Shown: positions 40,882 to 53,094, counted from the stretch's first letter. The stretch: 64,000 bases of DNA from Eledone cirrhosa (GCA_964016885.1 OZ024753.1:35154001-35218000), one strand, 5' to 3'. Notes: generated by a model from the letters alone, not told the origin. Numbers and translations: made by a program.

Positions 40882-42470
40882 GTGAGGCAGTTACAGGAAA
40901 AGTACCTAGCTAAAAGTAAGCCACTCTACTTGGCATTTGTCGACCTTGAGAAAGCCTTTGACAGAGTTCCACGTGTTGTAATCTGGTGGGCTCTTAAAAA
41001 ACTAGGAGTAGATGAATGGCTTGTGAAAGCGGTACAAGCCATGTATAGGGGAGCAGTCAGCAAAGTTAGGATTAGCAATGAGTATAGCGAGGAATTTAGC
41101 GTACAGGTTGGGGCCCACCAGGGCTCTGTTCTTAGACCCCTCCTGTTCATCATAGTCCTGCAGGCAATAACAGAGGAGTTTAAGACCAGATGCCCATGGG
41201 AACTCCTGTATGCTGATGACCTCGCGCTTATAGCTGAATCTATGGTAGAACTAGAGAAGAAATTCCAAACTTGGAAGCAGGGACTAGAAAGAAAGGGTCT
41301 CAAAGTCAACATGACAAAGACTAAGGTCCTTGTAAGTAGACGAGAAAACAGAACCCAGATCCCCTCAGGGAAATGGCCTTGCTCAGTATGTAGGAAAGGT
41401 GTAGGTAGGAACTCCATTCTCTGCCCCAAATGCAAACAATGGGTACACAAGAGATGTAGCGGGATCTCAGGAAGCTTAATTAAGAATGTAGGCTTCACAT
41501 GCAGCAGCTGTGCTGGGACAGCAAACAGCCACAGGAAACAAGTACCACCAATCTCTGGGAGGGCTCTGTAGAAACAGTAGACAGCTTCTGCTACCTAGGT
41601 GACCGAATTAGCAGCGGAGGTGGGTGTTCAGAAAGTACAATAACTAGGGTAAGAATGGGATGGAAGAAGTTTAGGGAACTACTACCACTGCTAGCTGCAA
41701 AAGGCTTCTCCCTCAGAATGAAAGGCAGACTGTATGATGCGTGTATCTGAACAGCGATGTTGCATGGTAGTGAGACCTGGGCGCTGAAGGTGGAAGACTT
41801 ACGTAGATTAGAGAGAAACGAAGCCTGCATGCTCCGATGGATGTGTAACAGTAATATACGTGAACGACAAAGCATAAATGAATTGAGAGAGAGACTGAGC
41901 ATAAGAGGAATCAAATGCTGTGTGCAGGAGAGGCGGTTGCGCTGGTATGGACATGTGATGCGTATGAAGGATGACAGCTGCATAAAAAGGTGCAGAGCAC
42001 TAGAAGTTGATGGAAACCGCGGAGTGGGGAGACCCAAGATGACCTGGGATGAGATGATAAAGCCGACCTTACCCAATTACACCTCTCAAAGGCAATGACA
42101 CACGACCGTGACCTCTGGCGTCACGCAGTAATACAGAGCACCCGACCTCCCATGTGTAGAAGCTGAAGCATATAGACAATATGCCCCCACACCCCCCACC
42201 GCAAGGTGGTCGTGGAGGTGCCACGGCAAAAAAGCACCCAGCCCACACTGTAAAGTGGACGTGTAGGCGCCACGAAAAAGCACCCAGCACTCACTGTAAA
42301 TGAGGTTGGTGTTAGGAAGGGCATCCAGCTGTAGAAATCAAGCCAAATCAGTTCCTGTATGAGCAAGGCATGGTCAGCCGACCAGACACTGCCCACAACA
42401 GGACAACCCGTCTAACCCATGCTAGCGTGGAAGAACGGACGTAAAACGGTGATGATGATGATGATGATGA
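40882..42470 (+). mobile_element. 5'-truncated, decayed RTE-clade LINE (partial RT, Cys-rich insert, thumb domain, 3' UTR, (GAT)n tail)
   Basis: FVDLEKAFDRV, HQGSVL.PLLF, LYADD, FCYLG, RRLRWYGHV, GRPK.TW motifs. Frameshift near 41520-41560 and an in-frame TGA at 41748. Inserted in a TA-rich tract. Confidence 0.93.
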
Positions 42471-45400
42471 TATATAATTTATATGTATATGTATATATGT
42501 AAGCATATATATGTATGCTTGAATATATGTAATGTATGTATGTATATATGTATGTTTATATATATATATATGTGTGTTTTTGTGTGTGTGTGTGTGTGTG
42601 TGCAACACATACAAATATGTATATATGCATATGTGTGAATACATGTATATACATTAATATATATTGAAATATACGTGCTACTTTAAGGGCACAGACCCTT
42701 ATAGATAGAAATACAAATAAAGTTGACGTACACATCCAAACCTTTCAGTAATTACTCATATTTTTGACATACTTCTCTTTTCCCTGTTTAATCGTGAGAT
42801 TTTATCAGTGTTCTTATATTCCTTATCTGCCACCTGTTTTTACACCTCCACCTAGTCCTTGGTTATCTTTAGTAGAATCTAGTATGTTGCAAGCATTCAG
42901 GCCAGATCTGTAGCTTGAGAATACCTTCCTCTCTTTCTTTCTCTCCTTGACTAAAAAAATTTTGAAAATCATTTAGCTTATAAAAAAAAGTCCCCCTCTC
43001 CACTGGAACCGTTTTCGTTTTATTTGAAAGTGGAAGACATTAAATACACTGCTAACTAAAACTAAACATCTCATATAGCCTTATAATAGCTCTATCAACA
43101 CACAAGAGGTTATAGAAACAAAAGAGCTTAAATAATTTACATTATCTGTCAGAGGTTGTTGAAAAATATAACATACTTATCTTCAGGTTTGAAGTTAATG
43201 ATTATAGTTTTTTTATGATATGTCAAATAAACCTTAAGAGATAGGTTTACAGAATTGTAAAGTAACTATTATTGCTAAATACAAAGTAACTGTTTCCGGG
43301 TGTATTAGGGTGGAAGGTGGAGGTGGGTGCTCCTAAGAGCCAGTGCTTATTGTATGTTTGATCTTCACTAAGATACCAATCTATTAGAAGTAACATTTTT
43401 TGACAGCAACATAAACTAAAGGTAGTAAAATAAAGTGTACATCCCATATCATCATTTCATTATCATCTTTTTAGTTCCATTTTTCGATATAAATGAAATA
43501 TCTGCAGAGAATTTCAGCTCTAAAGCAAAGAGTTATTCAGATAATACCATAACTCAGCCATTTCCTCTTCTACAAGAAACTATTGACTTAATTTAAACCT
43601 TTCTTTTTCTCATTTGAGTAGGGAAACAATCTTTATTTAATGAAATTGAAAAATAATCCATTATATAAAAGAAAATCTAATAATTAGCTTTTGTTCTGGC
43701 TATTTACATTCTGAGTTCAAATCTTTTTGAGATCAACTTTGCATTTTGGGGTCGATACAATAAATAAGTTAGCATGTTGAACAAATCCTAGTGCTCCTAA
43801 AAACCAAACCTTACAATATTAAACAAAAAAGGACAAATTGAATAATGAAGTCTTAGATACCTATAAACAGACTGCAGTGGGCATGACTGCAGTTTCTTTG
43901 ACCATAGCTCTACTTGATCATGATTGGTTTGGGACTAAACAACCACAATATATATTAAAAAAAAAACAAGATTTCATATTTGTTATAAAAAAATAGATAA
44001 ATATAAAAAATAATTGTGTGTTATATGTGTGTGAATATATGTCTGTTACATGACAATGTAAATCACTGATTAAACCAGTTTTGTTATTTTCTGAAATATT
44101 CCTTTTGATTTTTTTAAACACTATCTTTATTTTTTTATAATTTATGTTATCATCATAATATGATTTCAACCTATAATATCTGTTTAATAGATCTTTCCAC
44201 TGTGATAGTGGTTGCTTTAGAAAACAATCTAGTTATTTGTAGCAGAACTTATAATCAATATATCTTCCAGCTCACCAATTTTCATTTCAGAAATCAATTG
44301 CCTTAAACTTTATTTATTGATGCAAATTAGTTCTTAACTTACAAGCAAATAAACAACAAAAAGGAGAAAATAAATAAATGAATGCATGAAGCTACAGGGA
44401 GAATGAATACACTATTTAAAATCCTTTCTTATCTTTTATATATTCTTTGCTTTATATATAATCTATAATGATTTAGCGGAATATCAGTTCTCTAATCAAA
44501 ATGTAGCATATATATTGTTAGAGGGTATTAAACATATGATAGTGAAAGTCATATAGTTGCAAACATAAGTGACCGATATGTTGCCTAGAGCCGTATATTT
44601 TATGTTGTATGTTATCACTACAAAACATTGAATGTTCTATCATACTCTTACTTAGCTACAGAACAGGTATTAAAGGAGAAAAACTATCTTATTGAATAAA
44701 AAAAAAAATAAAAAAATGTTAAATGCAAATTGGTGATAAATGTAAATTAATAGTTTGTTGCTTTATCAAACTGAGATTTGAAAAGACATCATATTATAAT
44801 GATGCTAATGTGACAATAGTGAAGATGGGTGGCTTAGTGGTTAGAGAATTAGGTTCATAATCATGAAGTTGTGACTTTTATTCCTGGGCTAGGTGATGCA
44901 TTATGTCCTTGAGCAAGACACTTTATTTCATGTTGCTCCTTCTGCCAGGAATTGTGATTGGCTGATAGTATCAGTAGCTGAAAAGACTAATGAAACATTG
45001 TTTTCTTGGTTCGATCTGACAAGTTCCACCACACTCAGTAAGAGAATGAAGTTTGCGCCCCCGCCCTCCCCTCTTCATCCCCAATAATTATATATTTTCT
45101 CCCCAAACTACCAAAACACACATCTATTTGTATATGTGCTACAATTTATGTACATTTTATGTTTATCGCATAACAAATTTTTTTTATATCTTGGTTGATA
45201 TTTGATAATAACAACTAAACTAATCATTACAACTAAATTGACCAAATTTGCCCAGCCCCCAATTCAGAAATGCTTCCTCTGCCCCTGCTTACAATGTGAA
45301 CTAGTTGTATTTTATCATGTCACTGGCATTGGTGAGATTAGATTGTTCCATGTGGAAGAACTAAAGAGTCTCCCTCTATTCTGTATTTCTCCTAGATGGG

Positions 45401-45844
45401 TTGGCTGTGAAACAGCCTGGAAAGATCATGTCTCACTTATACATTTCATTTTTTTCACATGACTTCTAAGGTTTGTCTAACAACAACCATTTTAAAGTGT
45501 GTACTATTAAGAAAACACACAATTCCTGTTTGTCTGTAACAGATGAACTAAAAACTTTTATCGGTGTTGCTGACTAGTCTAAAATTTTGCATATATTCTA
45601 ATTGTTAGAAATCATTTTTAATTAATTATGAAAATAATCAATATCTTCTGTCTTTGTGCGTTTCTCTGCATATACGCAGCCTCTATTTACACCATCATCA
45701 TCATCAGGATACACACCCACATACACATATACATATATATATTGTTATATTTGGGGATGGTCATTTGCCAATATTGGCAGGTTCAATCAGGGGTAACCAC
45801 AGTAAGTAGGGTACTCAATACATAGTAGGGTATATAATGTTTAA

Positions 45845-45889
45845 TTCCTGATGATTTCCTTCGAATGAAACAGTTCTGATCCTGTAGAA
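45845..45889 (+). ncRNA. Type-I hammerhead motif. Degenerate relatives at 18909-18958 (-) and 12405-12452 (+).
   Basis: TTC CTGATGA TTTC CTTC GAAT GAAA CAG TTCTGATC CTG TA GAA. Intact core, 4-bp helix III, GUA triplet, but only a 3-bp helix I. Confidence 0.7.
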
Positions 45890-47149
45890 GCCATTTATAT
45901 ATTAAACATTATATATATATGCTAAAAGTAAATGGAAAACAACAAAGAAAACAATCCAGTACAATGAAGATATATATTAGTTTAACACTTGATATAGTAG
46001 GAAAAGAGTCTTTATGTTTCGGATGCTAGTCCTTCAACAGAAAATAGAATGAGAAATAAAAGATGAAATAGAAAGAGAGAAGAGAGTGAGAAGTGGGAGA
46101 AACCTTATTATTATTGTTATATGGCGGTGGATTGGTAGTATCGGTAGAGCGTCGGAGACCATGCTTTGTGGCATAGTTACATATCTTTACATTCTGTGTT
46201 CAAATCCCGCTGAGTTTAGCTTTGCCTCTTTCATCCTTATGTGATCGATAAAATAAAGCACCAGTAATTCACTGGGGTCTGTTTAATCGATTTGTCCCTC
46301 CCTAACAATTGTTGGCCTTGTGCCTAAATCAGAAACCATTATTGTTGCCACTGTTGTCTTTGGCGTCATTATCATAATCGGTGTCAGCGTCCTCGTGATC
46401 ATACTTTTGATATCCAATCTATTGAAATGTATATAATTAATAGACGCCATGGTAAAAAGCAGCCAGTACTCACTGTAAATTAGGTTGGTATAAGGAAGGG
46501 CATCCAGCTATAGAAATCAAGCCAAAATCAGTTCTGTATGAGCAAGACATGGTAATCTGACCAGGCATTGCCCACAACAGGACAACCCATCTAACCCATG
46601 TTAGCATGGAAGAATGGACATAAAACGGTGATGATGATGATAATAATTATTATTAACATTATTGTTTTAAACATCATTTTAAAACAATGTAAACTGTTAA
46701 AATTATAACGAGGTATTTAAAAAAACAAAATATAAATTAAAAAAACAATCATGTTTTGCATAATTTATCCCTAAACCCTCTTCATGTAATGAATACAGCC
46801 TACATTCAGGTTTGAATATGCTTCTCAGATCTATCAATAGGTTATTGCCATCATAATTGTATTTTGTTAAAAAGGAAAAAAAAATATGTTAGCCTTTGTA
46901 AATATTATTGATTCATGATGTTTGTGTAATCAATATTGAAAAAGTACAAGTTTCACTCTGAAAATTCAGTTGTGCAGTAACTAGAAAATACTAAGTTAGA
47001 TTTTGGATAAATGCCTTATATATAAATCTGAGAAAAGAGAGGAAAAAATGCCAAATAATAAAAAAATATTATAAACATTGCAGAATTTTATTATCCTCCT
47101 GAAATAAGTTGTAAACAGTATGAACATTCATTTCTGAATACTATATATA

Positions 47150-48008
47150 TATAAGTATGTACACGTACATACATATATGTATACAGACGTACAGTAGTAT
47201 GTATATATATACATACATGCACACATATATATATGTACGTATGGATTCACCGAACATTTATTATAATGCTCGGTGTGTTTGTAAACAAACATCCCGTATT
47301 AAGCCGTAGTGTCTAGCAACCATCGTTGCTCGTTTGTTCAACACTGACAAAGGAACGCTGTACTAGTTTCAAGCTTATTAGCTATCGTCAGCAACGTATA
47401 CCTTCCTGCCAGATTGTTGAACGTATATACTTATCTTATGCATATTAACGGCTGAGTAGCCCAATTTGCATATCGAGTGGGTTAATCGGCCGGGTGCACC
47501 GAAAACGATAAACGGAAAAAATGAAACGAAATTTCATTTCCCACTCTTAGTACGTCTGTTACTTAAATATAAGTATGTACACGTACATACATATATGTAT
47601 ACAGACGTACAGTAGTATGTATATATATATACATACATGCACACATATGTACGTATGGATTCACCGAACATTTATTATAATGCTCGGTGTGTTTGTAAAC
47701 AAACATCCCGTATTAAGCCGTAGTGTCTAGCTTGCTACAGCGTTCCTTTGTCAGTGTTGAACAAACGAGCAACGATGGTTGCTAGACACTACGGCTTAAT
47801 ACGGGATGTTTGTTTACAAACACACCGAGCATTATAATAAATGTTCGGTGAATCCATATGTACATATATATATGTGTGCATGTATGTATATATATATACA
47901 TACTACTGTACGTCTGTATACATATATGTATGTACGTGTACATACTTATATTTAAGTAACAGCCGTACTAAGAGTGGGAAATGAAATTTCGTTTCATTTT
48001 TTCCATTT
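47150..48008. mobile_element. Retrozyme-like or Penelope-pLTR-like composite: ~1.4 tandem copies of a ~415-nt HHR-bearing unit on the - strand, joined head-to-head to a ~270-nt copy on the + strand
   Basis: 47151-47317 is repeated at 47569-47731 (offset 414-418). 47736-48008 is the reverse complement of the unit and starts at the HHR cleavage site. (TA)n on both sides. No ORF. Confidence 0.8.
47355..47397 (-). ncRNA. Intact minimal type-I hammerhead ribozyme motif
   Basis: Minus strand reads ACGTTG CTGACGA T AGCT AATA AGCT T GAAA CTAG TA CAGCGT. This gives a 6-bp helix I, a CUGANGA core, a 4-bp helix II, a palindromic CUAG helix III and a GUA triplet. Confidence 0.88.
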
Positions 48009-48120
48009 ATATATATATATGTACGTATTTATGTACATATATTATTATTTATGTATATATATAACTGTATATATATATATGTTGATTTAAAACTGCACTA
48101 TTCACAAGTGTTTTTTAACC

Positions 48121-48191
48121 TATTTTATCTGATGAAAATGCAAATGTCATCGCATGATGATATTTGTTTTTGAAATGCGCATAATAAAATA
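48121..48191 (+). ncRNA. Intact type-I hammerhead ribozyme motif
   Basis: Helix I TATTTTAT/ATAAAATA (8 bp). Core CTGATGA at 48129-35. 16-bp helix II with one T-T mismatch and GCAT loop. GAAA at 48172-75. Palindromic helix III TGCGCA. AUA cleavage triplet, with the cut predicted at 48183/48184. Confidence 0.88.
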
Positions 48192-48314
48192 CATGGAACT
48201 CTTTTAACCATCTTTTGATCTTATGTATTATTTATACTCCAGTCCTACAAACTGTAGAGTGCTACTTATCCGATATCTGCATTGCTTTATTGTACTACAA
48301 TAAAACTCACCTCC

Positions 48315-48352
<38 letters not shown>

Positions 48353-49761
48353 CTGTTGCTTAAACCATTTTGTTTGTTTACCCTAGCGTCCCCTTTATTT
48401 ACGTGTCCCAACGACTTTTTTTAGCCGTTGCTCGCACCAACCTGAGGTATATGGTCTTTAAAGCGATGAAATGCCTATGACGGTTGGAAGACCACTGATG
48501 AAGGACAAACTTTTTCATATGTAACCCATTTGCAACGCCGCAGCTCCATTATTATCATATTTACACACACATATATATATATATATATATGTGTGTGTGT
48601 CTGTGCATATATATATATACATACATTTATGCATGTATATATTTATGTATATACATATCTATGTGTGTATATATATATATATATGTGGGAGCGTGTGTGA
48701 GTATATATATATACATTTATGCTTGTATACATTTATGTATATATATATATATATATATATTTAAATGTGTGTGTGTGATATTCCTGACTAACAATGTGCT
48801 TGACTATAGAGACATGGGAGGTAGACTAAACACCAGCAATAGATATATTGATTGAACTAATAACTTCATCTTCTGCATTTCTGTTTATATTTGTCTCAGT
48901 TAGGACTGTGGTATTGTTGCTTATAATATTAAAACTCAGTATGACAACAAAGTTGCTGAGCAGTGTATATCCTGTGTATAGGAATATTGGTTGAAGATTA
49001 TTGCTGAGTATACTGTTTGGAATAGTACTTTCTTTTTACAGTTTTACTAAGGGAGGGAAGGAAGACTGTGTATTGGCAAAGTTCTTAAAACATTAACCCT
49101 TTAGCATTTACATTACTCTATATATACTATTGTATTTTTGTGGTAAAGGCTTTATCTCACATAATATCGAATCTATGAGATATCGATATTTATTTTGAGA
49201 ACAATACCTTAACATCAGTATGAGCAACCGGTTACAGCCGGTTTGAACAGAAAGAGGTAAGAGGTAATCTGGCTGGATATGGATTTTTTAAATGCTAAAG
49301 GGTTAAATAGAATGAAATTAGAAATAGAAGCTTTTGCTGTATTTTTTTTTTTACTAAAGAAATTTTGATCTGATAAACCCTCTGAGAAATGGAAAAAGAT
49401 GAGTATTGACGTCAATACTCATCTTTTTCCATTTCTTAGAGGGTTCTAAACCCCACTATCAGGCTAAAATTTCTTTAATCAAAACAAATACTCATTCGCT
49501 ATTTCAAAACATACTAATTTGTCATTAAATAGAATGTTTTGTGATATTCATTTTAGCTCTCTGTGCTGCTGAGGTCAACTTTGCCTTTCATCATTTTGAG
49601 TTCTATTCTTCCTCTATCTCTCTCTCACACACACTCTCTATGTCTCTCTCTCCCTCCCCCTCTCTCTCTCATTAAAATATTTCTTACATTATGAAATAAA
49701 ATTATTCCCAATTGTGATCTAATTGCCTAGAACATAATCTATTTTTTTGTTTTTCTTACAG

Positions 49762-49991
49762 CATGCTACAGCTGGAGCACCTCAGCCTTACCGACAAGTC
49801 CTCCTCCAGCAGCACACCCACAGCTTCACCAAAGTCAGCACCCGTAACACCCACACATGACACCACTAATGGAGTCGATGTGGGCTATCGAGATGGTAAC
49901 CAACGCAGCTTCTTTGAAGGGTTGCTTGGGTGTCTGCGTCCTGTGTGGACAATTATCGGGAAGGCAGCCGCTGCTGAATTTAAACAGCAAG
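49762..49991 (+). CDS. MAP3K13: DLK/LZK-family MAP3K exon with the conserved N-terminal motif FEGLLGCLRPVWTIIGKA
   Basis: ttttcttacag acceptor and G|gtacac donor. The motif matches vertebrate DLK/LZK FLEGLFGCL(R/K)PVW..IGKA. Confidence 0.93.
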
Positions 49992-50612
49992 GTACACAAC
50001 ACTTACTATTTCTTTTTAGCTATGTTTTCAATTATCTTGTTTTCCCCAAGTTTTATATTACAGAAAAAATAAAAACAAGAGGAAATATTACTCTAAAGAA
50101 AGATCCCTCAGTAGTTAATAAAATCCTGACATGGTCTTTAACAGCCCTCTATCATCTAGCTTTATGCAGTATTCATTCTTCATTTCCTTCTCAATCAACA
50201 GATTATTTACTTTGCCATTATGCCCTTTAGAGCTTATCCTGAAATAATAATCCACCTATACCTCTAACCCCACCTGTCCTTCGTTTAATGGCTGATCTTA
50301 TTTTATATCACTTTTGTTTGGTTCATCTTTGATACCAGAATAAAAATAAGTTTTAAAGTTAACATATTGATTTGCAGAATTTTGAAGACTAAAGAGTATA
50401 CACCATTATTCTTTATCAATAGTTTCCAGAGGAAATTTTGTATCAATATTTTTAATAAAAGTCTCATTTCTCTCTATGAATATCTTCAAATTGAACCTTT
50501 TTGTTCCAACTTGACTAAAACTGGCTCTTGTTCTGTAAAACAAACCACTCATTTTTGAAGGATCCTATTTAAATTAAAATCTTCCAACACAATTTTATAT
50601 GAGAGCTATATA

Positions 50613-50768
50613 CAGTGAAATTCTGTTATAACGAAATTCACAGGGTATAAAAATAAATTCTTTGTAACGAAAAATTCTTTATAATGAGATCGACTGAAAC
50701 AAATCGAGCATTTGTTTGTTATTACCTCATGGATTGAAATGGTATTTGTTATAACAGAATTTTACCTG
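50613..50768. mobile_element. Tigger-like MITE
   Basis: TA-CAGTGAAATTCTGTTATAAC...GTTATAACAGAATTTTACCTG-TA. Confidence 0.7.
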
Positions 50769-51032
50769 TATTAAGTTACTATCATCATAATGAAATAATT
50801 AATAATTTTAGTATATCCCTCAACATTATTTCCTAGAGGTTGACTTTGCCTTTCATCCTTACGGGGTCGATAAAATAAAGTACCAGTAATGCACTGGGTA
50901 ATTGCTGGCCTTGTGCCTAAAGTAGAAACAATTATTTCCTAGTTAAATAAAATAGAGTTTATTTCATTAGAAATGTTATTGTCAAAGTATTAATAATATA
51001 GAAAAAATAAATTGATTGTTTATTTGTTGTAG

Positions 51033-51216
51033 ATGACTGGGAAACTCCATTTGAGAACATTACTGATCTTCAATGGCTTGGGAGTGGCGCACAAGGAGCT
51101 GTATTTCTGGGTAAACTCAACTCAGAAGAAGTTGCAGTTAAAAAAGTTAGAGATGTCAAAGAAACAGATATAAAAAATCTACGGAAATTAAATCATCCTA
51201 ATATTATTTCGTTTAA
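51033..51216 (+). CDS. MAP3K13: DLK/LZK kinase domain exon ([27 protein letters not shown]...VAVKKV...NHPNIISFK)
   Basis: Gly-rich loop [10 protein letters not shown] and VAVK lysine, typical of DLK/LZK. AG at 51031-32, GT at 51217, phase 1 to phase 2. Not in the supplied ORF track; translated by hand. Confidence 0.97.
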
Positions 51217-52544
51217 GTAAGCTTTTGTCTTCTTTGCTTTTTATTACTTTTTGAAAAGAAAAAAAAAAAGGTGGTGGGTTGGCAGGGTGATTAGAACATC
51301 TGATGAAATGCCTTAGAGTAATTTGTTACAATATTCTACCTTCTGAGTTCAAGTTTTACTGAAGTCAACTTTGCCTTTCATCGTTCTGAGCTTGATAAAA
51401 TAAAGTATCAGTCAAGTACTTTGACAGTACAACTCACTCTTCCCTTCCCTCGAAATTACAGGCCTCGTGCCTAAATTAAAAGCAATCATTTTTTTAATAT
51501 AAATGCTTGTTATATAGCTCTGCATAATTAACACTCAAAACATGCACTGAATGAAGTACTGGTGAATTCTTAAATTTAAGGTCCTTAAAGAAGCATATTT
51601 TTTAAAGTTTGGTGGTTACTCTCTTGCATCCTTATCATGATGCTCAGCTTTTCATTGATGACTTCAGAACAAACATACAGAAGTGGCAAAGGATGAGAGC
51701 TCTGTGAGTTTAAAAGTGCCCTACTTCGTTATAAGTTTCATGGTGAGCAATGTATTGAGAATGGGAAGTACTTTGTTGGACTTCAATCTTTAGACCAAAT
51801 AAGGATCTTACCACCTTGGAATAGAAAAATTGTGATGTCATCTGGTCATTTGTCCTCCCCTCGATCTAATCCCACTCGTTCCAGCTACAACAAGAAGCCA
51901 ACTTTGTTTCTGCCCCATTTAATATCATTAAGAATGCCATGTGAAAGGAAGCATCTGGTGCTGAGGTGACATGACAGTCAATAACATCCAAAGTGTCTAC
52001 TGTAGACCTACAATGTCATTTGTATTATTCATAGATTTGGAGACCGAGCCTGCATGAAATACCAAATGCCAAGATGGTTGTAATTTCTTTATTTACCAGA
52101 GACACAAATGCAATTTAGTAAAATCAACATTGTAATGAGTAAAAATGTTATTGTTATAACATAACATAGTGAAGAAATGAACTCAGTTAATTTCAAGAAA
52201 GGAAAAAGGAAATTTATTTATGTGAATAGAAATTGCTACAATTGAGAATTAAAACTATGTTGAAGAATCCTTTTACTAAGAGTTTACCTCCATTTCTACA
52301 GAGCTTACTACTATGAAATTCTATTTTGATGTTGAAAGTAGCCATTTCAGGGCAATACCTTAATGTGAAAAAAAAAAGATGTAAAACATTGTTGCATTCA
52401 CAATTTTATCTGAAAAAAAAAAAATTCTAGATTTTAAAAAAACTATAAATGTATGCATAAGCTTATTAGTTGAAATGTCTTTAATATGTTTGCTAAAACA
52501 AATCATTATTTTATTATTATTATTATTACTTTTTTTTATTGCAG

Positions 52545-52736
52545 AGGGGTTTGTACCCAAGCACCATGCTTCTGTATTATAATGGAGTATTGTCCTTATG
52601 GGCAACTTTATGAAATTCTACGTGATGGAAAAGAAATACCTCCAGCACTTATACTAGATTGGTCTAAGCAAATTGCAAGTGGCATGAATTATCTACATTC
52701 TCATAAAATTATTCACAGAGATTTAAAGTCACCAAA
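52545..52736 (+). CDS. MAP3K13: DLK/LZK kinase domain exon ([16 protein letters not shown]...HRDLKSP)
   Basis: Catalytic loop HRDLKSPN is split across the junction. tgcag acceptor, AA|gtaagt donor. Confidence 0.97.
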
Positions 52737-52924
52737 GTAAGTTTAAATGAATTATTCTTTTTTTTTTCAAATTTCTTTCTCTACAAATCTATTTTTGTTG
52801 CACTAAAATGAAATGAAATACAAAAGAAATTATATAGAAAACTGTAATAATCCTTACAACTAGAAAAAACCTGTGAAGATCTTTTTTCCGTTATGGTCCA
52901 TCTGGTTCCTTACCACAATTTCTT

Positions 52925-52967
<43 letters not shown>

Positions 52968-53094
52968 TAATTTTGAAATGTTTTCATTGCTTGTTTATGG
53001 TTATAAGAATTTTATCAGTTATTATCAAAATAAAAGAAAATATTTTAATTTCTTGTTTGTTTATTTTTTTAATTTAATTAATTGTTTATTTCAG

